DNA of 64,000 nt from positions 310,001-374,000 of the forward strand of contig NIVC01000212.1 in the NCBI GenBank assembly GCA_002269645.1. Reading direction: 5' to 3'. Position 1 is the stretch's first letter. Each line of letters opens with the position of its first letter. The notes under the pieces were generated by a model that had not been told where the DNA came from, searched no databases, and was given only the letters and a program-made list of their open reading frames with translations. This document shows positions 24,528-35,489 of this stretch, piece after piece. A program made the translations under genes and the position numbers. Source of the stretch: Macrostomum lignano (lineage: Eukaryota).

Positions 24528-26069
24528 TTAGAACACCAACAGCCGTTCACTCGCACCTCCTCCAGATAGTTGGACATTGAGAATGGGTTTGTGTAACTTA
24601 ATATGCAGAGCTTCAAGAATGTTAAGTTTATGCTCATTTTTGCTGTTGTCTATGACCTTGAAATGAGAGGTTATGTCTGGCTCATCACAACAACCATGGC
24701 ATTGCAGCAAATGTTCCTGAATCGGAGAGTTTCGTTGCCTATGTTCCTTGGCTCTCGTGAGTAGGTGTCGCTTGGTTTTACCAATGTAGGTAATGCTCTG
24801 GTCAACAGAGCAACGAAAACGATAGATGACACCTGCCTTGAGAGCACATGGAACACGAGACTTTAAACTGCCAACGAATTGACTGACTTTATGAGTACGG
24901 AACACTACATGAATCTTAGTCTTAAAGAATTTTTGGCAAGTTTTGCGAATTTGCCTCTTAAACACAATCGAAGAGTTGCCCAAAAACGGAAGAGTCAAGA
25001 TTGGTTCTCCTGGTTCTCTATCTGGCCGTTTAGGCTTAAGCTTTTTTTCAATTTTTTCATCTAAGAAATTACCAATAACCTTCATGATGTAGTTAATAGG
25101 GTATCCATTGGCAGTGAGAATATTGATAATGTTGGTAAACTCGTTGTGCAGCAACGACCAAGAGCAACATACTGTATAGGCCCGATGAAGCAGACAACGA
25201 ATGACTCCCGTCTTCCATTCCCTGGGGCACAACGCCTGGAAATTAAGCATCAAGTTAGTGAATGTGGGCTTGCGATACACTTCGGTCTCAATAGCGCAGT
25301 CCTTCAGATGGATCTCGATGTCAAGAAACGGAAGTTTCTTTCCACCATATTCCACGGTGAATTTAATGTTAGGATGGGTGGCGTTTATTGTGTTGAGAAA
25401 TTGCAGAAAGTCTTCCTCGTTATCAAAAATAGCGCAAGTGTCATCGACATACCGTTTGTAAAATTTCGGAGCACAGCTTTTTTCCATCCAGGTTTTCTCC
25501 CAATGCGACATGCAAACGTTAGCAAGAGTGGGGGCAAGAGGGCTGCCCATAGCGCAGCCGTCAATTTGCTGGAAGTACTTATCGCCGAATTGGAATATCC
25601 CAGACGTGGCAATAACCAACAATTTCTTAAACACTTTCTCCGGGATTGGTGGCGTTGGGTTGTCTTTGAAGACCAAATTGGTAGCAATGTCGATCGCCAG
25701 ATTCAGCGGAACATTGGTAAATAGAGAGGTGACATCGAAGCTATACAATTGATCTTCATGAGATGGGGTGTAATTGCTGATGGCTGTTATGAATTCCCTA
25801 TTGGACCGCAAACTGAAATCCTGAGGGATGCATGGCTTGATAAGTGAGTCTAGAAATTTAGCCAGCTCATATTCAGCCGTGTTCAGCATAGACACAATGG
25901 GTCTCAATGGTTTGTCTTCCTTATGGACCTTGCACGAGCCATAGAGTTGGCCAGGTTGACTCCCACACGGCATAATCTTCTTGTACACATGGTCACTTAT
26001 GTGCGGTCTGACATAGGTTCTAATATAGTTTTGGATAGAGCGTTCAGATTTAAGAACAGGGTGTGACAC
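24528..26069 (-). CDS. Inverted copy of the PLE RT + GIY-YIG ORF (3' 513 codons)
   Basis: Translation is identical to the forward copy from VSHPVLKSER onward. Confidence 0.9.
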   Translation of the reverse strand: MSHPVLKSERSIQNYIRTYVRPHISDHVYKKIMPCGSQPGQLYGSCKVHKEDKPLRPIVSMLNTAEYELAKFLDSLIKPCIPQDFSLRSNREFITAISNYTPSHEDQLYSFDVTSLFTNVPLNLAIDIATNLVFKDNPTPPIPEKVFKKLLVIATSGIFQFGDKYFQQIDGCAMGSPLAPTLANVCMSHWEKTWMEKSCAPKFYKRYVDDTCAIFDNEEDFLQFLNTINATHPNIKFTVEYGGKKLPFLDIEIHLKDCAIETEVYRKPTFTNLMLNFQALCPREWKTGVIRCLLHRAYTVCCSWSLLHNEFTNIINILTANGYPINYIMKVIGNFLDEKIEKKLKPKRPDREPGEPILTLPFLGNSSIVFKRQIRKTCQKFFKTKIHVVFRTHKVSQFVGSLKSRVPCALKAGVIYRFRCSVDQSITYIGKTKRHLLTRAKEHRQRNSPIQEHLLQCHGCCDEPDITSHFKVIDNSKNEHKLNILEALHIKLHKPILNVQLSGGGASERLLVF

Positions 26070-26070
26070 A

Positions 26071-27855
26071 GTGATCTCTGACACTGATCACTTCTGCTCC
26101 CGTGCTCTCATGTCCATCAACAGTAAACAGAACAAGTTTTTTCACAGAACCCTTAAGGACATCCGCAATAATGAACAAATCAAGATTTTGAGCTTTGACA
26201 AGGGCTATGGCGTTGCTATTTTAGACAGTGCTGAATATGAGGCCAAAATGACCAACTTAATTCAAGACAAAACCAAATTTAAATGCTTAGGACCTGCCGA
26301 TGAAAGGGTTACCGTGTCACACCCTGTTCTTAAATCTGAACGCTCTATCCAAAACTATATTAGAACCTATGTCAGACCGCACATAAGTGACCATGTGTAC
26401 AAGAAGATTATGCCGTGTGGGAGTCAACCTGGCCAACTCTATGGCTCGTGCAAGGTCCATAAGGAAGACAAACCATTGAGACCCATTGTGTCTATGCTGA
26501 ACACGGCTGAATATGAGCTGGCTAAATTTCTAGACTCACTTATCAAGCCATGCATCCCTCAGGATTTCAGTTTGCGGTCCAATAGGGAATTCATAACAGC
26601 CATCAGCAATTACACCCCATCTCATGAAGATCAATTGTATAGCTTCGATGTCACCTCTCTATTTACCAATGTTCCGCTGAATCTGGCGATCGACATTGCT
26701 ACCAATTTGGTCTTCAAAGACAACCCAACGCCACCAATCCCGGAGAAAGTGTTTAAGAAATTGTTGGTTATTGCCACGTCTGGGATATTCCAATTCGGCG
26801 ATAAGTACTTCCAGCAAATTGACGGCTGCGCTATGGGCAGCCCTCTTGCCCCCACTCTTGCTAACGTTTGCATGTCGCATTGGGAGAAAACCTGGATGGA
26901 AAAAAGCTGTGCTCCGAAATTTTACAAACGGTATGTCGATGACACTTGCGCTATTTTTGATAACGAGGAAGACTTTCTGCAATTTCTCAACACAATAAAC
27001 GCCACCCATCCTAACATTAAATTCACCGTGGAATATGGTGGAAAGAAACTTCCGTTTCTTGACATCGAGATCCATCTGAAGGACTGCGCTATTGAGACCG
27101 AAGTGTATCGCAAGCCCACATTCACTAACTTGATGCTTAATTTCCAGGCGTTGTGCCCCAGGGAATGGAAGACGGGAGTCATTCGTTGTCTGCTTCATCG
27201 GGCCTATACAGTATGTTGCTCTTGGTCGTTGCTGCACAACGAGTTTACCAACATTATCAATATTCTCACTGCCAATGGATACCCTATTAACTACATCATG
27301 AAGGTTATTGGTAATTTCTTAGATGAAAAAATTGAAAAAAAGCTTAAGCCTAAACGGCCAGATAGAGAACCAGGAGAACCAATCTTGACTCTTCCGTTTT
27401 TGGGCAACTCTTCGATTGTGTTTAAGAGGCAAATTCGCAAAACTTGCCAAAAATTCTTTAAGACTAAGATTCATGTAGTGTTCCGTACTCATAAAGTCAG
27501 TCAATTCGTTGGCAGTTTAAAGTCTCGTGTTCCATGTGCTCTCAAGGCAGGTGTCATCTATCGTTTTCGTTGCTCTGTTGACCAGAGCATTACCTACATT
27601 GGTAAAACCAAGCGACACCTACTCACGAGAGCCAAGGAACATAGGCAACGAAACTCTCCGATTCAGGAACATTTGCTGCAATGCCATGGTTGTTGTGATG
27701 AGCCAGACATAACCTCTCATTTCAAGGTCATAGACAACAGCAAAAATGAGCATAAACTTAACATTCTTGAAGCTCTGCATATTAAGTTACACAAACCCAT
27801 TCTCAATGTCCAACTATCTGGAGGAGGTGCGAGTGAACGGCTGTTGGTGTTCTAA
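26071..27855 (+). CDS. Penelope-like RT + GIY-YIG endonuclease, 5'-truncated but uninterrupted
   Basis: KVHK..KPLRPIVS, SFDVTSLFTNVP, QIDGCAMGSPLAPTLAN, RYVDD, LPFLD; GIY-YIG variant GVIYRFRC..TYIGKTKRHLLTRAKEH..LEALHI. Confidence 0.95.
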   Translation: MISDTDHFCSRALMSINSKQNKFFHRTLKDIRNNEQIKILSFDKGYGVAILDSAEYEAKMTNLIQDKTKFKCLGPADERVTVSHPVLKSERSIQNYIRTYVRPHISDHVYKKIMPCGSQPGQLYGSCKVHKEDKPLRPIVSMLNTAEYELAKFLDSLIKPCIPQDFSLRSNREFITAISNYTPSHEDQLYSFDVTSLFTNVPLNLAIDIATNLVFKDNPTPPIPEKVFKKLLVIATSGIFQFGDKYFQQIDGCAMGSPLAPTLANVCMSHWEKTWMEKSCAPKFYKRYVDDTCAIFDNEEDFLQFLNTINATHPNIKFTVEYGGKKLPFLDIEIHLKDCAIETEVYRKPTFTNLMLNFQALCPREWKTGVIRCLLHRAYTVCCSWSLLHNEFTNIINILTANGYPINYIMKVIGNFLDEKIEKKLKPKRPDREPGEPILTLPFLGNSSIVFKRQIRKTCQKFFKTKIHVVFRTHKVSQFVGSLKSRVPCALKAGVIYRFRCSVDQSITYIGKTKRHLLTRAKEHRQRNSPIQEHLLQCHGCCDEPDITSHFKVIDNSKNEHKLNILEALHIKLHKPILNVQLSGGGASERLLVF

Positions 27856-27882
27856 GCTAGAGTACATTTGGGGCGCATACGC

Positions 27883-27933
<51 letters not shown>

Positions 27934-28074
27934 CTCTGTCCTGTCATTCCACAAACAAATATTATGAACATTGCTATACTGTACATTGATCCTTTAGTCC
28001 TTTTATATCTTTTCAATACCTGATTTTGTCGTCTACACAGTATTTAATAAGTTGAAATAAATTCTGTTCGATAG

Positions 28075-28112
28075 TGCCTGAAGATGGCTAGTTTTAGCCG
28101 AAACGCGTCGCA
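28075..28112 (+). ncRNA. Minimal type I hammerhead ribozyme in the PLE 3' region
   Basis: TGC-CTGAAGA-TGGCTA gttt TAGCC-GAAA-CGCG-TC-GCA: CUGANGA and GAAA core, helix II GGCTA/TAGCC, palindromic helix III, predicted GUC cleavage after 28109. Confidence 0.85.
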
Positions 28113-29633
28113 AATAATATTGAGTTTTGTCTTACTATTTACTGATATGATTATGGCCGACAAGCCTGAACCCTGGCATGCTGCTCATCAAAACTGCCAT
28201 GCGTTGTTAGACTACTTCCTGACCACTTGGTTGCAGCCAAACGCTCGCTATAACCGACAAATGTGGAACCATCTTAATGAAGGTGCAGACAGAACTATCA
28301 ATGCCGCGGAGAGCCGACACCATGCGCTAAATTCGATAAGTCGTAACCATCGGCTCAATGTCCACGAATTCGTCAAGGAGCTGCGAGTTGAAATTGTCGA
28401 TGCAGAGACGCGCATTCAGCAGCGAGCCGCGGTAACTGTACCACCGCAGCCGAGGCTCCGAACCCGGCAACTAGCGAATGCTCTGGCGATCTTCAGAGGG
28501 CAGTTTCTCAACGGCCAAAGAAATCTACGGGACTACGTGGATGCTTGCAGCGACACTTTGCACGACGCGGTTGTCTGAGTTTCAATTGAACTGAACTCGT
28601 AATTATATTACCAGTTAAAAGTTTATTGTTGAAATGTCTGCTTCTATGGTCTGTTATTCGACTTCTTACTGTTTGTGTTAGATCCAGTATGAATGAAAAA
28701 TAGAAATAAAATTGATTGCGAATGTGAAATACAAAAATACCGATTGAAATCGTTTCTGGTGGCTTTTCTGGTGAAATAAATAAGTGGTTTTATTGCATTT
28801 GACTTCTGAACTGAATGAGTTAAAACTACGCTTGTAATGCTGGTAAGCTAACGAAAGTAAGCTGCAAATGCAATAGAAAGATATCGCTATAACAACCCTG
28901 AAATTATTCCTTTATCCCACAAAACAGACTGCAGTCGTACTTTTATTACCAGCCTGCAGTTATCCCCTTTGCATGTAGTCAGCAGTTCTCCTCTCGGCTG
29001 TCTTGTCAGTCGCTTCACCAAACTGCGATGATCCTTTCAACAATCAAAAAACATTATCGGCATTTATCATGGCTCAATATTCAATATTCAATACATATCT
29101 CTTTTTCTCTTGAAATCCGCACATTACTCTAGAGAACCTAAAACGAATACTATGCACCCTTTCCAGTGAGTCAGTTGCGACAGTAAATGTATAGTAATGA
29201 GTAAAAATATTAATAAAAAATCTGTGAAAGCTGCATAAATTTTCAGACGTTTTTTACTATGTACTTTCGATTCGATGACTCGATACACAGGAATGAACAG
29301 TATTACAGTGCTAACAACAGCAAAAAATACGCGGCCCTGTGAGCAAAAGGTCACAGTTAGAGCAGGGCGCGTCAGATGGCGCGCCGCAGAGCCTGGGAGC
29401 GAACAAAGTCCGCTCCGTTGGCAGTGTCGGGCGCCCGTTGACAATCGAACAATGATTTGACAATGATGGGCGCTCTGATGTTGAGCCAGCCAGGAAACTG
29501 TCGGGCGTAGTTTCGGTCAATTACATTGCTGCTGTAGCATGCATGATTTTAAGGTCTTTAACATCATTTTTGCAAAGTAATCTAGAAAGCAACAGACAAA
29601 CAGCGAAACAGATTCGCAGTTCAGTAATATCAG

Positions 29634-31412
29634 TTACAGTATTCTGCAGCAGCGTCGAAATTTTGATTCCTTTTCGTCAACGGCAGCACCAGCAAAGTGG
29701 CCAGATTCTGGGTCGCCTCCGTTGTATCCTTGGTTGTCATGCCCCTCCTCCGCCTGACCACCATTTGTGTGATTATTCACAAAGTACTCGCTCTTCTCAT
29801 CTACACTTTGAACTATGTACTGCTCCTGCAACACCTGCTGTCTCTGCCGTTCCTGCTGCTGCTTCTGTCTTTGCTGCTCTTGCAATCTCCGTTGCTGTTC
29901 TAGCAACTGTTGCTGTCTCTGCCGTTCCTGTTGCTGCTTCTGTCTTTGCTGCTCTTGTAATCTCTGTTGCTGTTCTAGCAACTGTTGCTGTCTCTGCTGC
30001 TCCAGCAACTTTTGCTGTCTCTGCTGCTCCAGCAACTGCTGCTGTCTCTGCTGTTCCTGCCATTGCTGTAATCTTGGATTCTCTCGAAGCTGTTGCTCTC
30101 TTTGCTCCTGCAGCATCCTCTGCTTTTGCTGCTCCTGCAACATTCTCTGCTTTCGCTGCTGCTCCTGCAACATTCTCTGCTTTCGTTGCTGCTCCTGCAA
30201 CATTCTCTGCTTTTGCTGCTCCTGCAACATCCTCTGCTGCTCCTCCAGCATCTGCTTTCGCTGCTGCTCCTCCAGCATCTGCTTTCGCTGCTGCTCCTTC
30301 AGCATCTGCTTTCGCTGCTGCTCCTCCAGCATCTGCTTTCGCTGCTGCTCCTCCAGCATCTGCTTTCGCTGCTGCTCCTCCAGCATCTGCTTTCGCTGCT
30401 GCTCCTCCAGCATCTGCTTTCGCTGCTGCTCCTGCAACCTCCTTTGCTGCTGCTCCACCAGCATCTGCTTTCGCTGCTGCTCCTGCAACATCCTCTGCTT
30501 TCGCTGCTCCTGCAACATCCTCTGCTGCTGCTTCTGCAACATCCTCTGCTGCTGCTCCTGTAGCTTCTGCTTCTTATAACAAGCAACCCTAAGAGCTTCG
30601 ATAGCATTCTCGTAATTATTGGTTGGAACATAATGCAGGTGAAAGTTTCCTCGTTTTCTCGTGTACAGACAAATTCCTTTGCCAGTAAATGTTCTTCCAA
30701 ATCCGTACTCCTTCAGTTGCTGCACTTGTCTGATCTCAATATCCATTACAAGAATGTATCCCACATTGCTCAGCAACTGAGGCAGCTTCACGCCAACTAG
30801 ACTCAAATTCCTACCAGCGTCGACAAAACTCAGACTGATGATGTCGAATGGTTGAGCCGTTAGCTTTCGGTCAAGCACAAAGTCCTCCATGGGCATTTCA
30901 ATGAACTCCCGTCTCGATGTGTTGAAACACCAATCCGATGTGGCCTGTGCGAATTCGCCGTCAAAAGCGCTCCAGTCCCAGGGAAACGCGTCAACTCCAA
31001 TGCAGCTCCGCTGCAGCAGCCTACCGCCGTGCACCTGACTAACCTCGCCTTTGTGTACAACATCTTTGATGGCTCTGACGACTCCAAGCAGGTCGCTGCC
31101 GGGACCGCAACCGAGCGACAAGATCCGGATCTCCCGAGGCTGCGGCTCGCTGCAAACTGACTGCAGAAGTTGCTTCACCTCGTCTCGTATTTGCGTCTGC
31201 ACGAGCCTAGACTTGCGTATGAACTCTTTCTGTGTATAAGCCTTGCGGAATTCCGGGTCGCTGTAGAATCTCAAGTCCTCTTTGTGCTTGGCATCAAGCC
31301 ATTCCTGGTAAATTGGACAGTCCATGATCTTTTGCTCTGGCTCTACTCGTAGGATTTCAGCTCTCTGCTTTGCATCTGCCTCCTTTTGATACGCAGACTT
31401 GTGCAAATACAT
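29634..31412 (-). CDS. Single-exon class I SAM-dependent methyltransferase-like protein with a long Q/E/R repeat tail (592 aa), copy 1
   Basis: Motif I ILSLGCGPGSDL, acidic residue after beta-2 (CIGVD) and FDIISLSF. Tail of (MLEEQQRKQ)n and (LLEQQRQQQ)n. ATG with an AG 7 nt upstream. Confidence 0.8.
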   Translation of the reverse strand: MYLHKSAYQKEADAKQRAEILRVEPEQKIMDCPIYQEWLDAKHKEDLRFYSDPEFRKAYTQKEFIRKSRLVQTQIRDEVKQLLQSVCSEPQPREIRILSLGCGPGSDLLGVVRAIKDVVHKGEVSQVHGGRLLQRSCIGVDAFPWDWSAFDGEFAQATSDWCFNTSRREFIEMPMEDFVLDRKLTAQPFDIISLSFVDAGRNLSLVGVKLPQLLSNVGYILVMDIEIRQVQQLKEYGFGRTFTGKGICLYTRKRGNFHLHYVPTNNYENAIEALRVACYKKQKLQEQQQRMLQKQQQRMLQEQRKQRMLQEQQRKQMLVEQQQRRLQEQQRKQMLEEQQRKQMLEEQQRKQMLEEQQRKQMLEEQQRKQMLKEQQRKQMLEEQQRKQMLEEQQRMLQEQQKQRMLQEQQRKQRMLQEQQRKQRMLQEQQKQRMLQEQREQQLRENPRLQQWQEQQRQQQLLEQQRQQKLLEQQRQQQLLEQQQRLQEQQRQKQQQERQRQQQLLEQQRRLQEQQRQKQQQERQRQQVLQEQYIVQSVDEKSEYFVNNHTNGGQAEEGHDNQGYNGGDPESGHFAGAAVDEKESKFRRCCRIL

Positions 31413-31544
31413 TTATTTCTTGGAAATTACAGTCTATCATTAGACTGGTGCACTATCATTAGTGCACACAACTCGAAAGACGTACGCATTAATTTCCTTC
31501 TCTACCTCTAAAAACTCCACTGCGGAGTTTATACACAACGCGTA

Positions 31545-34500
31545 CATTAGCCAACCGGGCCGAAAGGAACAAGGAGAAGACGCAGGGGGTGGTGGCGAAA
31601 AGGAGGGCGAAACAAGCCCAGCGAAAGCGACATTGAAGTATTACTTGAGCAATGGAGTAAAAGCAGAGGAATAAAAGCAGAACGGAAATGCAGAAGGTAA
31701 AGACAAGCACACAGGAAAAAAAATTAGCCAAGCATGCCAACGCTGAGGGGCAGAACACGCGAATAAAAGGGCCAGCGCGACCCCAACCCTCACCACCCCA
31801 CACCACCCACACTGCACACCGCACCCACACCCTCACCCAGCGGGCAGAGGCACCGGCCCCGGTCAGCTAAAGCCGATTACAGAGCCAGTAAACCGGCCCT
31901 GAAATCACAACATTGGCCAACCGGGCCGAAAGGAACAAGGAGAAGACGCGGGGGGTGGCGGCGAAAAGTCGGGCGAAACGAGCCCAAAACTCCCAAGAAA
32001 ACGAGAGGTGAAAGTTACACAGACGGAAGGTGGGACGCCAGCCGAAGCGGAAGGTACCGCTCTACCGCGCTGCTCGCCCAGTCGCCGACCCGCATGATAG
32101 CGTCGACGGGGATGCCGGCATTCGCGGCGGACGTGGCGCCCCCCCCCCTCGCCGCAACGAGTGTCCGGAAAAGCTGGCCGGCTCTGAAAACCCAGCCGCC
32201 CGCAGGGCCGCCTCCAGCTGCCTGGCAAAGGTGCGTGCGGTGAGCGGCGCGAGGGCTCCACGTCTGCGAGCCCCGAAAAGATGATGCTAAGCATCTTGTG
32301 GACGGTTGATGAGCAGCTACTTCTCGAGCGCTGCAACTGGGCAAAGCCGATTGCCGGCTGGGAGCCGCGGCAAAAAGACTCGGTGCTGGCGCGCACCAAA
32401 CTGGTTTGTCTTCGACCTCGAAATGACGAGAACAACGCCGGCACTTGCCGGCCTGATGCAGCTCGCGCTGAGGTCTTGAAGGGGGTCAAACCGACCGGCG
32501 ACACACAAATTGGCCCGTCGCAGCATGGCCCTCTGGACAGCGGGTCCGCGAGGAGCTAAAAGCGGCCAGGGATGTGATTCGCTGGATAATGTCACGCTAG
32601 ATGCAGGTCAGAGTGACGAGCCTCTGCAGGTCGGCGATGCCGCGATCCTCGGCCGAGCTAGATTTGATGATGCCACAGGCAGCGGTGCTGTCCGTGTACA
32701 CCGCAACGGAGCGGCCGCTGAGGGCCTCTTGATGCTTCAGGATAGCGACCAGAGGGGCGGCGCACTCCTTGAGGTTGATGTGGAGCTCTTCGAACTCGCA
32801 GTCGAGTTGCCAGCTAATAAAAAGCCCGGTCGAGTCACTGTCGTTGAAGTGCAGCACCGCACCGCCGCCTGCGTAGCATGCATCAGACTCGATAGCGGCG
32901 GCCGGCCGACGAGATGGCCAAGCGGACTTTGGCGGCAGAGTGCTCAACGCGATCGTCCACCACTCCAGCTGAGACCTGAGCTCCACCGTAACTTGAACAC
33001 GGTCGGACGGATGCGTCAGGCTATTGGCGAGATCGATTAGCGGACGCAGGAAGTTTCGACCGTGCTGAGCGGTTGTGCACATATGGCTGATGCCCTAGCA
33101 GCTTCTGCAACTCAGACTTTGACACGTCTTGCTGTGACAAGCAGGTGCGAAGCAGGAACTGAAGCTTCTTGGCTTTGTCAGCTGGGAAAGAGAGGCTCGC
33201 TTGCACGGTATCGATGTCTATCCCCAGGAACCGCAGCTTGGTTGTTGGCGGCACAGATTTTCTCTTGTTGATGACCAATCCAAGCTCGGTGAGCAGGTTA
33301 CGCAGCTCGCAGTAGGCTCGTTTTCACTCAGCTTCTGTCCTCGACATGACAAGAAAATCATCTATGAAGACGATGGTGGCCAGGAAGCCTTTGCGGCACA
33401 TCATACGCCGAACCGCTTGAGTGAGACGATGGAAGATGCTGACAGAGGCACGACTGCCGAATGGTAGGCGGGTGTCCACTATGTGAGCTGAGCGCCCGTC
33501 ACCAAAGTCCCAGTGGATCCCGGTGGCTTGGTAGCACTGCGGAAAAATGGGCACAGCACGGTAGGCGGACGCGATGTCAACCTTCGCCATGAACCAGCCC
33601 GGCTGCATCAACCTGACGGCCTCATCGACAAAAGTTAAGCGGAGCTTGCGCTTCTGGGCGTAGTGATCGTTCAGGCTTTCAGGAGGAACGGAGCAGTCGT
33701 CGATCAGCCGGATGCTGGCGCTGTCGTTAGGAATCGTGTTGAGCGGGCAGACCATCGTGGGCTTGTCCGCCACCGGGGTGTATCCGCCCAGACGGATTTC
33801 TTCTTCCAGGGCTGCTTGGACTTGGTCGCGCTTTTGGTAGGCGGATTGGTGGTTGCGTAGAAAACAGGGCGTAAAATCAAGGTCATCAGCGATAGGGAAG
33901 CCATGCTCGATGCCGTCAAGAATAAAATCTGCGTCGTGGTCGCCGGCGAGCTCCAGGCGCCAGGCGTCGATTCGGAGATCGCCAGACGGCCGCGTCAGAT
34001 CAGAGATTTGAGTAAGCGGCCTGCGGAGGCCTGCCGCCGGGGCAGGCTGCGCCGGGTTGTTAAAATCAAGCGCAATCGGCGCGCTTTCTCTGTTTTTTTG
34101 GGTGATTCTGCTCGGAGTGGTTGCCCTCGCAGACTAGAAAGGCATGTAGAAAGGGACAGTTTGTCTTTGAGCATCCGTTGGTGCTGTTTAAAGACAAACA
34201 TAGCTCACGCCTGAGGATGTTCGCGGCCCAACGATGCGGTTCTTGTTAGACTGGGGGTGCCTAGCTGTCTGGTTCTGCTGGTCAGTCTCGGTGCTGAGCA
34301 GGTGCCTGATAGACATCTGGGAGCAGTCTTTGCCTCAGCGGAGGTTGTTGGCGGCGCGGTGCTGGCGGTAGTCGGGGTCGAATCGAACCACCCGGTGCAC
34401 TGGAAATCGGTCGAAAAAGCTCGGCCACTTGGATGTTGTACCGGGCGTAGTCCTTGGCTTGTTCCACCGGGGTGTGCGGCTGGCCCTTGTTAGTTACCTG

Positions 34501-35100
34501 ATGCGGCGTCTCGTCGAGCATCTGCAGCAGGATCCTCATGCTGTCTGATAGCCACTGTCCGACTGTCATGCCGTCTAATTTAGTTGTCGACTTCTTGAGC
34601 ACCAGTCCGCCTGAGCTGCCCCGGGTGAGCAGCTCGTCTGCTTGGCCCGACAGGTCGTCGACAAAGTCTTTGACGAGCAGACACGGCATCCCAGTCGGTC
34701 GGGGACTGGCATTCGCGCCGACGGTGCCTGTTTGGTTCAGGATTTCAGCGAGAATGCTTTGAAGCTCACCTGATTCCATACCTGATGTCACACTGGCTCG
34801 TTCTCGCAACTCCCGCTCCCGTGTTTGTAGCTCCAGGAGCTGCAACCGCTTCTGGGCCCGCCGGATCTCGCCGTCCAGATCCGCCTTCTGTGTCCCGGCC
34901 TTGCAGCTCCGTCCGCTCGCCTGGTGATGCTGATCGATCTGAGTGCTGTGTTGTATCCCCTTGGATCGCTGTCTGATTGATGTGCTGGCACAGTCTGGCT
35001 AGTAAGTCTGCTTTGTTGCCTGCAGTTGATAGCCCTCGGCTACCAAGCTCACTCTTGAGTTGTTTGGCTGTTAGCGTGTCAGCGCGAAGCATATCACCAG
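31545..35100 (-). mobile_element. Ngaro/DIRS-type tyrosine-recombinase retrotransposon, degraded
   Basis: SAP-domain gag (35092-34282). RT: AKVDIASAYRAVP, RLPFG, FIDDFL. RNase H: ESDA, INLKE, VYTDST. YR remnants: MLRRANL, SRSKTNQFG, RGGATSA, GDWASSAVERYL. 76-bp direct repeats at 31545-31620 and 31911-31986, consistent with split direct repeats. Confidence 0.88.
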
Positions 35101-35269
35101 TGAGATATCGATACCTTAGTTAGCCACAAAAAATTTTAGCCAAGGACTAGCAATCTTTGCCCCGATGGGGGACATCTGGATAGAATCTCTGTTCTCTACA
35201 AGTAACAAAAAGACAGCGAAATGAAGCCTTTACAAAGGCAACAGACATTCCCTCTAAAATAAAACATCC

Positions 35270-35485
35270 CAAGACAGCAAGCATCCCCCATGATAGCAAG
35301 CACCCCCCCCCCAAATACAATAGCAAGCACCCCCTAATACAATAGCAAGAAGCATCTCCCAAATAGCAAGCATCCACCAGACAGCAAGCATCCTTCCGAT
35401 AGCAAGCATCCCTTAGATAGCAAGCATCCCCCAAATAGCAAGCATCCCCCAGATAGCAAGCAACCCCAGATAGCAAGCATTCCTG
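35270..35485. repeat. Degenerate 17-18-bp satellite (ATAGCAAGCATCCCC..)n that continues at ~37965-38150 beyond the mariner
   Basis: The same motif lies on both sides of the mariner insertion. Confidence 0.85.
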
Positions 35486-35489
35486 GATA

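Larger units (their letters stand above)
24215..28137. mobile_element. Penelope-like element inserted as a head-to-head palindrome, with a 12-bp TSD (TTTACTGATATG)
   Basis: ~24240-26069 is the reverse complement of ~26314-28137. TSD at 24203-24214 and 28138-28149. Confidence 0.95.
23235..28578 (+). mobile_element. FLYWCH + MULE transposase (Phantom-like Mutator), frameshifted and split by a Penelope-like insertion
   Basis: GQLLHIMGYLY...YHKC (FLYWCH-like), LQIDGTFNCVP and KGCLFHFNQAV up to EAFTDM at 24214. The frame resumes at 28138 (FTDMIMADK...YF..TW...WN....RTINAAESRH) and stops at 28578. Confidence 0.88.

Noticed and set aside
29543-30592. Plus-strand Ala-rich and Cys-rich ORFs (349 and 254 aa)
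   Set aside because: They are antisense shadows of the Q-rich tail of the methyltransferase ORF.
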